Origin: a bacterium
Lineage (GTDB): Bacteria > Myxococcota_A > Bradymonadia > UBA7976 > UBA1532
DNA length: 44,015 bases
Direction: 5' to 3'
NCBI GenBank assembly: GCA_030427205.1
Contig: JAUHXC010000011.1
Span: 1-44,015 of the forward strand
The notes under the pieces were generated by a model. It saw only the letters and a list, made by a program, of their open reading frames with translations. It did no database searches and was not told the origin of the DNA. The position numbers and the translations under genes are program-made. Below, one piece after another: positions 8,401-16,976 of the stretch. Position 1 is the first letter of the stretch. Each line of letters begins with the position of its first letter.

Positions 8401-11400
8401 CGGCGCCGTCGTAGTCGGCGTTGGGGAAGCCGGGGGTCCAGACCCACTCGGGGTTGTCCATGGGCAGCGAGCCGTCGGGGCCGTAGCCCACCGCGGCCAG
8501 GATGAGCCCGGTGCCGTCGTTGAGCGGGCTGAGGTCGGTGATGCCCTCTTCGTAGATCCGGCCGTAGACGATCTGCACGGTCTCGAACTCGGCCTGCAGC
8601 TCGCTGGGGAACTGCAGCCGGCAGAAGTCGACCTCGCTGTCGCACGGCGGGTTGGGCGCGCCGGGCGAGCCCCACTGCGCCGGGTCGACCGAGTAGCGGG
8701 TGCGCGAGGGGCACCAGCTGGCCGGGTCGTCGTTGAGCGCGGGGTCGACGGCGCCGTCGCGCAGCTGGATCGAGAACCCGCGCACCGGCGGGAAGCCGCC
8801 GCGCTCGTCGTAGGTCACCGTGTCGACGATGATGCCGCCGCACGAGACGGTGAGGCTGTCGTCGGTATTGTTGAGGCCGAAGTCGAAGACGCCGCGCACG
8901 TTCTCCAGGCCGCCGTTGACCGCCGGGTCGGCGCTGCGGGCGAAGACGGCGTACTCGCCGACCTCGATCTCGACGTCGTCGGCCGGGCTCTCGTTGTTGG
9001 CGTCGGCGAAGACGCAGGTGCGCATCGACAGCGGCGCGTCGCTGGCGTTGTACAGCTCGAAGTACTCGGCGGTGTTGTCTTCGAGGCCGTCGTGCGGGTC
9101 GTAGAGGATCTCGGTGATGACCAGATCGCCGGGCAGCGGGTCGCGCACCTCGCCGCGCACGCAGGCCCCGTCGGCGCAGCCGAGCGGGCAGGCCGTGATC
9201 TCTTCGGCGTACTCGCAGACCGGCAGCCCGCCTTCGTCGGCGCAGGCGCCGACGGCGGCGTAGGCCACCTCGGTGTCGGCGTCGCGGCACTCGGACGGCG
9301 GCGGCTCGTCGCACGGGTTGGGCAGGCAGGGGTCGGCCGGGTCGCCGACGACGACGTGGCCGGCGTCGGCGGGCTGGTAGCCGTTGATCGAGCCCGGCTC
9401 GCGGTCGCAGAAGGCGTAGCTGCGGCCGTCGTCGGCGCTGAAGCGCCAGGCGACGTCGTAGCGGCCGGGCGGCAGGTCGGCGAGGGTCGCGCGGTAGGTG
9501 TCGGCGTTGGCGGCGTCGTTCTCCGGGTCGCCCTGGCCGACCATCCAGACCCAGGTGCGGTCCTGGGTGGGGTCGCTGCCCGCCGGGCCGTAGCCCACGC
9601 CGCCGCGCAGCCGCACGTCGGCGTCGACGCCGCGGCTGCGGTCGGTGATGCCGGCGGCGACGAGCAGCGCGGTGCTCTCGACGTCTTCGCCGAGCGCGAC
9701 GTTGGCCTCGTCGGGGCTGAGCAGGGTGCAGATCGTCAGCGTGGGGCAGCTCGGGTTGGGCCCGCCGGGCGTGCCGTGGTGGTCGCCGCCGGGCGCGTCG
9801 AAGTAGACCGGCAGGGTGCGGCACCAGTTGGCGCCGATGTCGTTGGTGAACGCGCCGGTCTGGTCGGGGTCGAGGGAGACGCTGTAGGCGGTCGCCGCGG
9901 GGAAGTTGCCGCCGACGTCGTAGGCCACCGCGTCGATCTCGACGCCATCGCAGGTCAGCGCGATGCGGTCGCCCTCGTTGCCCAGGCCGAAGTCGAAGGT
10001 GCCCTGGGCCTGCAGCCCGCCGTTGGCCGCCGGGTCGCCGTTGCGGGCGAGCAGCACGTAGCCGCCGGGCGCGACGTTGATCGCGCCGAGGGCCGAGGTA
10101 TTGCCGGCGTCGTCGCCGATGGTGCACCCGTCGAGGCCCACCTCGCGGTCGCTGGCGTTGTACAGCTCGATCCACTCGCCGTCGGCGTCGGCGAGGTCGC
10201 CGGTGGCGTCGTAGAGGAACTCGGTGATCACCGCCTCGCCCACCGCGGGCGGCGCGGCGGGCACGAAGCACTCGCCGTCGATGCAGCGGGCGCCGGGCGG
10301 GCATTCGAGCCGGTCTTCGGGCCAATTGCACTGCGCCTGACCGTCGACCGCCTCGCAGACGCCGGGGTCGCGGGGGCTGATGATGGTGACGCCGTCGTCG
10401 GCGCAGCGCGGCGCGGGCGGCGGCGGGCAGACGAAGCCGTCGCACAGGTCGCCGCCGACGGGGATGGCCTCGAGCTGGCCGGCGTTGCGCGGCTGGTAGC
10501 CGTCCTCCGATCCGGCGCCGAGGTCGCAGTAGGTCCAGGTCTCGCCGCGGTCGAGGCTGACCCGCCACGCGTAGTCGTAATCACCCGGCGCGGGCACGGT
10601 CAGCTCGGCGACGTACTCGTCGTTGTCGGGCTCGCCGCGGGCGGCGCCGTCCCACTCGGGGTTGCCGGCGCCGGCGACCCACTGCCAGTCGGCGTTGCCC
10701 GCCGGGTCGGAGCCGTCGGGGCCATGGCCCGCCTCGGCGATCAGCCCGGGGATGAAGTCGACCTCGGGCGTGTCATCGGTCCAGGTGGCTTCGTAGAGCA
10801 CGCCGAAGACCTCGAAGGTGGTGCCTTCTTCGGCGCGCACCGCCTCGGGGAACTGCAGCCGGCAGTAGTCGATGCTCGGCGGCGGGCAGGCGGGGTTGGC
10901 CGCGCCGGGCGTGCCGCGGTGGGCGCCGGCTTCGCCCGGCTCGCCGAAGTAGACGTCGCCGTCGGCGGCCGGGCACCAGCCGGGCCCGTCGTCGTTGGCG
11001 CCGGCGTCGCGCACCGACGGGTCGAGGCTCAGCGAGGCGCCCGAGACCGGCACGAAGCCGTTCTGGGTGTAGTCGACCTCGTCGACGTCGAGGCCGTTGC
11101 AGCGGATGCCGAACAGGTCGCCGTCGTTGCCGAGGCGGAATTCGAAGGTGGCGGCGACGTCGACGCCGCCGTTGACCTCGCGGTCGGCGCTGTGGCCGAG
11201 CACGATGCGCCCGCCGGCGGGGATGAGCCCGCCCGCGAGCACCTCGACGTTGCCGTCGTCGTAGACCTCGCAGCCGCCCAGATAGCGCGGGCCGTCGGCG
11301 AGGTTGAGCAGCTCGACCCACTCGGCGTCGCCGTCGGAGAGCGGGTCGACGGCGTCGTAGAGGATCTCGGTGATGATCACTTCGCCTTCGCCCGGGTTGG

Positions 11401-12559
11401 GGGCGAGGTCGACGCAGGCGCCCTGCTCGCAGCGGCCGCCGGCGGCGGCGCAGTCCTGGCGGCTCTCTTCGTCGTGGGTGCACTGCGCTTCGCCGTCGAC
11501 GGCTTCGCAGGCGCCGGCGGGGGCGTAGGTCACCGCGTCGTCGCCCTCACAGGCGGCCGGCGGCGCCTCGGCGCAGGGGTCGTCGTCGCAGGCGCCGGCC
11601 AGCGCGGTCAGGGTGCCGGTCTGCTCGTCCTGGAAGCCGTTCTCCGAGCCGTCGAGGTCGCAGCGCAGCCAGCTCGCCCCGCCGTCGAGGCTGAAGCGGT
11701 AGCTCAGCGCGTAGACCCCGGGGGCCGGCGCGTCGACGGTGGCGAGGTACTGGTCGAAGCCGGGGGCGCCGGCCTCTTCGGCGCTCCAGGCGGGGTCGGC
11801 CTCGGCGCGGGCCCACATGGGGGCGTCGGCGCCTTCGGCCATCCAGCCGGCTTCGGCGACGAGGTCGAGGTCGGCGTCGACGCCGTCGGTCAGGTCGGTC
11901 AGGCCGGCCTCGAAGACGCGGCCGGCGAGGGTCACCGGGCTGCCGGCGAAGACCTCGATCTCCGCCGGGCCGGCGAAGATGCAGGCGTCGGCGACGACGT
12001 CGGCCACGCAGCCGCCATCCTGGCAGGTCTGGCGGGCCGGGCAGGCCTGCGCGCTGCCCTCGTAGCGGCACTCGGCGCTGCCGTCGACCACCTCGCAGGT
12101 GCCGTCGTCGCCGAATGTGACCACCTCGCCGTTCTCATTGCACGCGGGGCCCGGCGGGCTGTCGCAGACCACGTCGGCGCAGAGGTCGACGTCGGCGACA
12201 CAGGTATTGTTGTCGAGGTCGCAGGTCTCGCCGTCGTCGCACTCGGCGTCGTCGGTGCAGCAGCCTTCGATCGGCTCGACGACGCACTCGCCCTCGACGC
12301 AGCGGCCCTCGCCGCAGACGGCGTCGACGGCGCATTGCACGTCTTCGGTGCAGGGCGGCGGCCCGACGTCGGGTTCGGGGCCGGGGTCCATGTCCGGCTC
12401 GGGTCCGGGGGTGACGTCGGGCTCGGGCTCCGGCGTACCGTCGGTCTCCATGTCGACGACCGGGCCGGTATCGGCCGCGGTCCCATCGCCGTCGTCGCAG
12501 CCGGCGGCGACCATCATCAATCCGATGGTCGCCAGGGCCACCCACGCTCTGCGCTGCAT
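5426..12559 (-). CDS. Giant (2377 aa) surface lipoprotein with ~6 tandem modules. Each module is a Cys-rich segment (CxxNPC...C...C), a lamin-tail domain (LTD; ITEILYDP.G.D..EWIELYN) and a conserved ~120-aa beta-rich domain (AGYGPDGSDP...DEY.A.L..P.PG.YD.AFRFS.DGG.TW..CD).
   Basis: Lipoprotein signal MQRRAWVALATIGLMMVAAGC (lipobox) starts at the ATG at 12559, with an AGGGGG RBS 5 nt upstream. The ORF track's upstream extension to 12646 is less likely. The LTD motif repeats about 6 times. The long plus-strand ORF 6122..12628 is an antisense artefact. Confidence 0.85.
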   Translation of the reverse strand: MQRRAWVALATIGLMMVAAGCDDGDGTAADTGPVVDMETDGTPEPEPDVTPGPEPDMDPGPEPDVGPPPCTEDVQCAVDAVCGEGRCVEGECVVEPIEGCCTDDAECDDGETCDLDNNTCVADVDLCADVVCDSPPGPACNENGEVVTFGDDGTCEVVDGSAECRYEGSAQACPARQTCQDGGCVADVVADACIFAGPAEIEVFAGSPVTLAGRVFEAGLTDLTDGVDADLDLVAEAGWMAEGADAPMWARAEADPAWSAEEAGAPGFDQYLATVDAPAPGVYALSYRFSLDGGASWLRCDLDGSENGFQDEQTGTLTALAGACDDDPCAEAPPAACEGDDAVTYAPAGACEAVDGEAQCTHDEESRQDCAAAGGRCEQGACVDLAPNPGEGEVIITEILYDAVDPLSDGDAEWVELLNLADGPRYLGGCEVYDDGNVEVLAGGLIPAGGRIVLGHSADREVNGGVDVAATFEFRLGNDGDLFGIRCNGLDVDEVDYTQNGFVPVSGASLSLDPSVRDAGANDDGPGWCPAADGDVYFGEPGEAGAHRGTPGAANPACPPPSIDYCRLQFPEAVRAEEGTTFEVFGVLYEATWTDDTPEVDFIPGLIAEAGHGPDGSDPAGNADWQWVAGAGNPEWDGAARGEPDNDEYVAELTVPAPGDYDYAWRVSLDRGETWTYCDLGAGSEDGYQPRNAGQLEAIPVGGDLCDGFVCPPPPAPRCADDGVTIISPRDPGVCEAVDGQAQCNWPEDRLECPPGARCIDGECFVPAAPPAVGEAVITEFLYDATGDLADADGEWIELYNASDREVGLDGCTIGDDAGNTSALGAINVAPGGYVLLARNGDPAANGGLQAQGTFDFGLGNEGDRIALTCDGVEIDAVAYDVGGNFPAATAYSVSLDPDQTGAFTNDIGANWCRTLPVYFDAPGGDHHGTPGGPNPSCPTLTICTLLSPDEANVALGEDVESTALLVAAGITDRSRGVDADVRLRGGVGYGPAGSDPTQDRTWVWMVGQGDPENDAANADTYRATLADLPPGRYDVAWRFSADDGRSYAFCDREPGSINGYQPADAGHVVVGDPADPCLPNPCDEPPPSECRDADTEVAYAAVGACADEGGLPVCEYAEEITACPLGCADGACVRGEVRDPLPGDLVITEILYDPHDGLEDNTAEYFELYNASDAPLSMRTCVFADANNESPADDVEIEVGEYAVFARSADPAVNGGLENVRGVFDFGLNNTDDSLTVSCGGIIVDTVTYDERGGFPPVRGFSIQLRDGAVDPALNDDPASWCPSRTRYSVDPAQWGSPGAPNPPCDSEVDFCRLQFPSELQAEFETVQIVYGRIYEEGITDLSPLNDGTGLILAAVGYGPDGSLPMDNPEWVWTPGFPNADYDGAGGLGEPNNDEYRADVVMPIPGEYDLAFRFSVDGGRTWQVCDSGDAGSSDGYRVEDAGRLVVDPPANPCAPNPCVNPPVSVCDGNTAVTYPDVGVCGVDAIGLATCDYPEQREDCVDAQCVNGACGGARLPAPGEVIVSEILYDPHNGLDENFAEWIELYNTTDTPLSLDGCEIADSASGTPIAGVEIAARGYALFARVDDPILNGGLQEVDGTFDFSLTNGGDEVNLRCDGALIDTVNYDDGGAFPDARAASINLSSNRLDAQQNDLGRNWCLAEDPYIFDPEHLGTPRLPNRECPAGDPCDPNPCADAPAAFCEGDVAVSYGVTACEAVDGEPVCIPPEEIREDCGAAGCVDGLCDAAGARAPEPGDIVVNEIQRNTEGEIDEQAGEWFELINVSGELLDLAGCEVRDRANGLAVGDLLVPADAILLFARSLNPAANGGIAPDGIFNFSLNNGGDIVELRCGQTTIDAVDYALAGFPGNIPAVAYQLDPDFVDAELNDLGEAWCNATGAYFDGDPPHFGTPGQPNPSCGDNLGACDPNPCVDVPEDECLDATTVAAYHALGTCNIVDDAATCDYDFDLVDCGAIGQACAAGRCVSPDAIAGEGDVVFSEMLYDPQGVLAENQAEWIELTNTTDRDLVLDGCTMGLEGGASTRLTINLAAGGVALLARSADPEVNGGLQVAQTFDFALPNAAGRLNLYCGAALVDTFGYDDGFTFPDASAASISLDPDAYDFDANDEGINWCLGEVVYFADPGGDAALDHLGTPGLPNPQCPEVDVTVDDCRFNFPVVPTEWQAGGFNPPLEVTGLVFEAGITDRSPLVDLDGLLVAEGGYGPRGSDPAGNLDWSWTPAIDTPGYNGDDRGTPAYDEYTASFDPGQPVSGAYDMAFRFSVDGGRTWAYCDSDGLENGYSAEAAIDLDIVRDPCADVFCFDPPPAFCQDPTTVAFYGGDGQCVVGDDGQPTCEYRVNFTDNCADFDFVCVDDEFGAFCGEPM

Positions 12560-12697
12560 CCGTCCCCCTCGTTCGCGTCTCGGTGGTTCGCGTCGTATTG
12601 GTCGATTCACGCGCGGATGATGTGGTGACGGCGCGATGCGAGTCAAACGACGGGTCGGTGACGGACGCGAGGGCGCGCGGCGCCGCGCCGAACGGGG

Positions 12698-13999
12698 TCA
12701 GAGCTTCTCGTAGTCGGCCGGCTCGTCGGCCGGCGCCGGGCGCTCGACGGGGCGCGCGTCCCGGGGTCTTACCGGGCGCCTCGGGCGGGGTCGCACCGGG
12801 CGCTCGGCGGGCGGGCGGGCAGCGGGCGTCGTCGTCTTGCGCGGGCGCAGGGGGCGGGCGGCGTCGGGCTTCGCATCGGGCGCCGCTGCGTCGACGGGCG
12901 CGGGCGCCGCGTCGGGCGCGGCGGCGTCGGGTACGGCCGCGTCGGGCGCGGCGGCGGCGGGCTGGGCGGCGGGCTGCACCGCGGCGGTCAACGGGTCCGC
13001 GGGCGGCGGCGCGGTCGTCGCCGGCGCGCCGTCGCGCAGCAGCAGGAAGACGACGACGATCGCCAACGCCGCCACCGCGGCGATCCAGGGCCACGGCGTC
13101 GGGCGGGCGGGCGGCGGCTCGAGCGGCGCGTCGATCGCCGGCCGCGCGCTGGGCGGCGGCGGGCCGTCCATGCGCGGCAGCGGGCCGGTGCTGACCATGG
13201 TGTCCGACATCGGCCGCCCGCTGGGGGTGAGCCCGATCGAGACCGCGCGCTCGATCGGACCGAGCACCGCGACCGCCGAGGGCGGGCGCTGGCCGGGCGA
13301 GCGACGGCAGAGCCCGTCGAGCACCTCGAGCAGCGGCAGCGGCACGCCGGGCAGGGGCCGATGGGCGGCCTCGGTGGGCGACAGGCCGCCGAGCAGCGCC
13401 CGGCCGATCACGCCCAGCGCGTACAGATCGGTGCGCGCCTCGACCGGCGCGGCGTCACGCTGCTCGGGCGCGGCCCAGGGGCTCGTGCCGTAGGCGAAGG
13501 GGGTCTCGGCCAGCCCGACGCCCGCGAGCCGCACGTAGTCGGCGCGGCCGGTCGTCTGCTGCAGCAGGATGCATTCGGGTCGCAGGCCGCCGTGAAAGAG
13601 GCCGCGTCCGTGGGCTTCGGCGAGCACCCGCGTGAGCTGGCGCAGGATGTCGGCGACCCGGTCGGGCGGCTGGGCCTGGCCCATCAGCGCGCTGAGCGGC
13701 TCGCCTTCGACGCGGCTCTCGACGAGATAGAGCCCCGTCTCGCCCGCGCCGGCGTCGAGCACCGGCACCACCGCGGGGTGGTCGAAGCCGACGACCCGCT
13801 GCAGGGTGCGCTTGAGGCGCATGGCCTCGGCGGTGCCGCCCGGCGCCTGATGCACGATCACCCGGCGCCCGGTGGGCAGATACACCGCCTCGTGCGATCC
13901 ATCGGCCCTGCGGTCGCCGAGTCGATAGCGACCGTCGAGCGTCACCCCGCCGAAGTCGGCGGTCTCGCGTCCTCTGTCCACGGGGGCAGCACACCGCAA
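12698..13999 (-). CDS. Membrane-anchored pseudokinase. It has a Ser/Thr protein-kinase-like fold with degenerate catalytic motifs (VIVHQ instead of VAIK; HGGLRPECILL instead of HRDLKPENIL; LAGVGLAE instead of DFG; APE and D.YALG retained). A TM helix (WPWIAAVAALAIVVVFLLL) and a Pro/Ala/Arg-rich tail follow.
   Basis: Kinase subdomain order recognisable, but the catalytic Asp, the DFG Asp and the VAIK Lys are all substituted. Confidence 0.65.
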   Translation of the reverse strand: MRCAAPVDRGRETADFGGVTLDGRYRLGDRRADGSHEAVYLPTGRRVIVHQAPGGTAEAMRLKRTLQRVVGFDHPAVVPVLDAGAGETGLYLVESRVEGEPLSALMGQAQPPDRVADILRQLTRVLAEAHGRGLFHGGLRPECILLQQTTGRADYVRLAGVGLAETPFAYGTSPWAAPEQRDAAPVEARTDLYALGVIGRALLGGLSPTEAAHRPLPGVPLPLLEVLDGLCRRSPGQRPPSAVAVLGPIERAVSIGLTPSGRPMSDTMVSTGPLPRMDGPPPPSARPAIDAPLEPPPARPTPWPWIAAVAALAIVVVFLLLRDGAPATTAPPPADPLTAAVQPAAQPAAAAPDAAVPDAAAPDAAPAPVDAAAPDAKPDAARPLRPRKTTTPAARPPAERPVRPRPRRPVRPRDARPVERPAPADEPADYEKL

Positions 14000-14059
14000 T
14001 TCGGGTGCCGGTGCAAGAAAGTCGAACGCCGCGCGGGGCGCCGTCGATCGGCGCGGTCG

Positions 14060-15322
14060 TCAGTCGCGGGGCGTGATGCGCAGCACCTGATGGTTCCAGG
14101 CGTCGGCGATCCACAGGTTGCCCTCGGGGCCGACCTCGATGCCCATCAGCGCGCCCTCTTCGAGGCCGGTGTCGAGGTAGTCGAGGACCTCGCCGGTGCT
14201 GATGGAGATGCCCCAGATGCGGCCGGTGGCGTTGTCGCCGACGAAGAGCACGTCGCCGTCTTGCGCCAGGCCGCTGGGCGCGAGCAGCTCGGGGTGTTCG
14301 AAGAGGGTCATCATCGGCGCGTGGTCGGTGACGAGGTTGAGCACGGTGCCCGGCTCGATGGAGGGCAGCCGCCGCTCTTCGGAGCCGAGGGTGGTGTCGA
14401 AGATCGCGACCCGGGCGTTGCCGGTGTCGGCGATGTAGAGCATCTTCTCGTCGTGGTCGAAGACCATGTGCGAGGGCACGTCGGGGGTGCGCTGCACCTC
14501 GCCGACGGCGTAGCGGGTGATGATGCCGTCGGAGTGGTCGTCGAAGCCGGGCCCGTGGTCGATGCGGAAGTCGTTGCGGGCGATGGAGCCGGTCAGCCCC
14601 TCGAAGACCCAGTAGATGTTGTCCCGCTCCCAGGCGATGCCCATGCACAGCGGCGACTCGTGCAGCATGTCGAGGTGCGAGCCGAGGTCGTCGCCAACGA
14701 ACGCCACCGCGTCGGGGTTGGTGCGGGCGTAGACGTCGAGGTCCGAGGGCCACAGCGACGGGCCCATGAAGTCGTTGGGCTCACCCTGGCCGTTGTAGGT
14801 GTTGCGCGACTCCTGGCAGGTGCCGAACGTGCCCGGCGCGCCGAAGTCGATCGACGAGACCTCCTCCATGAAGTGCAGCGCGAAGGGGTCGATGAGGTGC
14901 ACCGAGTCCTGCTCGGGCGTGCCCGGATCCCAGACGATGGTCGTCGAGTCGTCGAAGCGGTTGACGATCCACAGCTCGGGGGTCTCGCTGTGCGGGTTGA
15001 ACGCCAGGTCGCGGGGCACGGCGAGGCCGTCGGGGCGCCGCTGGACCATCGTGCGCATGCGCACGTTCGAGACGCTGTGGCCGCCGTTGCCGAGGATCGC
15101 CAGCCCGGCGGGCTCGGGCTCGGGCTCCGGTTCGGGATCGGCCTCCGGCTCGGGCATCGCCTCCGGCTCGGGCATCGCCTCCGGTTCGGGCATCGCCTCG
15201 GGCTCCTGGTCGCCGGGCGTGATGACGATCGGATCGTCGTCGCCGCCGCCGTCATCGGCGGGCGCGCAGCCCCATGCGGCCAGCGCCGCGAGCGTCAATC
15301 CCCAGAGCGCAGTTCGCTTCAT
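14060..15322 (-). CDS. Secreted beta-propeller (NHL-repeat-like) lipoprotein with an N-terminal acidic Pro-Glu linker (EPEAMPEPEAMPEPEAMPEPEADPEPEPEPEP).
   Basis: Lipoprotein signal MKRTALWGLTLAALAAWGC from the ATG at 15322 (AGAGGA RBS). The ORF track's long upstream extension to 17161 overlaps the opposite-strand peptidase gene and is rejected. NHL-type motif NLWIADAWNHQVLRI near the C-terminus. Confidence 0.65.
   Translation of the reverse strand: MKRTALWGLTLAALAAWGCAPADDGGGDDDPIVITPGDQEPEAMPEPEAMPEPEAMPEPEADPEPEPEPEPAGLAILGNGGHSVSNVRMRTMVQRRPDGLAVPRDLAFNPHSETPELWIVNRFDDSTTIVWDPGTPEQDSVHLIDPFALHFMEEVSSIDFGAPGTFGTCQESRNTYNGQGEPNDFMGPSLWPSDLDVYARTNPDAVAFVGDDLGSHLDMLHESPLCMGIAWERDNIYWVFEGLTGSIARNDFRIDHGPGFDDHSDGIITRYAVGEVQRTPDVPSHMVFDHDEKMLYIADTGNARVAIFDTTLGSEERRLPSIEPGTVLNLVTDHAPMMTLFEHPELLAPSGLAQDGDVLFVGDNATGRIWGISISTGEVLDYLDTGLEEGALMGIEVGPEGNLWIADAWNHQVLRITPRD
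15105..15215. repeat. Short 18-bp tandem DNA repeat (cggctcgggcatcgcctc, about 4 copies) encoding the EPEAMP linker inside the lipoprotein CDS; a potential length-variable tract.
   Basis: Direct repetition visible at 15120-15200. Confidence 0.6.
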
Positions 15323-15523
15323 CGTGTCCTCTTCGATTGTCTGCCGGACGACCGGCCGAGGCCGGACCGTTTGGATAGCGATCACCCGCAGACGGTTGCA
15401 AGGATCAATCCGATCGTCCGCTGACGGCGCGCTGCCGCCCGGCCGCGCGCCGCGATTGGCCCCGCCTCGGACGGTGTGCGATGCTGCGCCGCCCATGCCC
15501 CCTGCCCCCCGCGGAGCCAGCCG

Positions 15524-16972
15524 ATGAGCGATTCGCCGACGATGCCCGAGCCCGAGCCGGCCGCCACCACCCGCCACCGTACGACCATCGGCGGTCGCAC
15601 GATCGCCTACACTGCCACCGCCGGCACCGTGCGCCTGAGCCGAAAGGACGGTACGCCGCGGGCCGATATGTTCTACGTGGCCTTCACCGCCGACGGGGTC
15701 GACGACCTCAGCGAGCGGCCGATCACCTTCGCCTTCAACGGCGGCCCCGGATCGTCGTCGGTGTGGCTGCAGCTCGGCGCCCTCGGCCCGCGGCGGGTCG
15801 ACCTGCCCGATACCGTGGCTCCGCCGCCGCCGCCCTATCGGCTGGTGGACAACGCCTTCGGGGTGCTCGACAAGACCGATCTGGTGTTCATCGACCCGGT
15901 GGCGACGGGCTTCAGCCGGGCGGCCGAGGGGCGGGAGCAGGACTTCTTCAACATCGAGGGCGACGTCGACGCGGTGGTCGAGTTCGTCTGGCGCTACATC
16001 ACGCAGAATCAGCGCTGGAACAGCCCGCGGTTCCTGGCGGGCGAGAGCTATGGCACGACCCGCGCGGCGGGCCTCGCCCGGCGCCTGCAGGAGCGGGGCA
16101 TCGTGCTCAACGGGCTGGTGCTGTTGAGCCTGGCCCTCGACTTCCAGACGTTCCTCTTCGAGGCGGGCAACGAGCTGCCCTACGTGCTGTATCTGCCGAG
16201 CTACGCCGCGGTCGCCGCCTATCACGGGCAGCTCGCCGAGCAGCCGGCCGATCTGACGGCGTTCCTCGACGAGGTGCGAGCCTTCGCCTACGACGAGTAC
16301 GCCCCCGCGCTGATGCACGGCGCCCGGCTCGACCCCGAGCGGCGCGCGGCGGTCGTCGACAAGCTCGCCCGCTATACCGGCCTCGACGCCGAGACCGTCG
16401 ATCGGCTCGATCTGCGGGTGGACTATCTGCGCTTCGCCAAGGGGCTGCTCGACCGGGTGGGGCATACGGTGGGCCGGCTCGACGCGCGTTATACGGGGCC
16501 CGACCTCGACCCGCACCACCCGCAGCTGCAGCGCGACCCGAGCTACGACGCGCCGCTGGGGGCCTACACCGCGCTGATCAACGACTATCTGCGGCGGGTG
16601 CTGCGCTACGAGGCCCCCGAGGCGGGCTATACGGTGCTGTCGATGGAGGTCAACCGGGCGTGGAGCTGGGCCGAGAAGAGCCGCATGGGGCACCCGAGCC
16701 TGGCCGACGATCTGCGGCGCACGCTGGTGGCCAACCCGCACCTCAAGGTGATCATCCTCAACGGGCTGTATGACCTGGCGACGCCGTTCTTCGCCGCGGA
16801 GTACACCGTCGATCACCTGCGGCTCGAGCCCGAGCAGCGGGCGAACATCGAGCTGGCCTACTACGAGGCGGGGCACATGATGTACTTCCACCCGCCCTCG
16901 CTGAAGCAGATGCGGGCCGATCTGGCCCGCTTCTACGACACCGCGGCGCCGCCGGCCGCGCAGAAGGGCTGA
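15524..16972 (+). CDS. Serine carboxypeptidase, peptidase family S10 (motifs FNGGPGSSS and GESYG).
   Basis: ATG at 15524 (MSDSPTM) with GGAG 8 nt upstream. The active-site Ser motif GESYG and the oxyanion-region NGGPGSSS are classical S10 features. Confidence 0.8.
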   Translation: MSDSPTMPEPEPAATTRHRTTIGGRTIAYTATAGTVRLSRKDGTPRADMFYVAFTADGVDDLSERPITFAFNGGPGSSSVWLQLGALGPRRVDLPDTVAPPPPPYRLVDNAFGVLDKTDLVFIDPVATGFSRAAEGREQDFFNIEGDVDAVVEFVWRYITQNQRWNSPRFLAGESYGTTRAAGLARRLQERGIVLNGLVLLSLALDFQTFLFEAGNELPYVLYLPSYAAVAAYHGQLAEQPADLTAFLDEVRAFAYDEYAPALMHGARLDPERRAAVVDKLARYTGLDAETVDRLDLRVDYLRFAKGLLDRVGHTVGRLDARYTGPDLDPHHPQLQRDPSYDAPLGAYTALINDYLRRVLRYEAPEAGYTVLSMEVNRAWSWAEKSRMGHPSLADDLRRTLVANPHLKVIILNGLYDLATPFFAAEYTVDHLRLEPEQRANIELAYYEAGHMMYFHPPSLKQMRADLARFYDTAAPPAAQKG

Positions 16973-16976
16973 CCGG

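Noticed and set aside
6122-12628. 2168-aa plus-strand ORF
   Set aside because: Exact antisense of the LTD lipoprotein gene. Its translation is low-complexity G/A/V/R-rich with no domain signatures, typical of open antisense frames in 70% GC DNA.
13361-15424. 687-aa plus-strand ORF and 13455..14753 minus ORF
   Set aside because: Antisense or alternate frame of the pseudokinase and beta-propeller lipoprotein genes.
15323-15523. Search for sigma-54 (TGGCAC-N5-TTGC) or sigma-70 boxes in divergent intergenic regions (also 18684-18817, 39121-39226, 12560-12697)
   Set aside because: Only weak partial matches (e.g. TTGACT at 12641-12646 on the minus strand without a convincing -10). Not reported as features.
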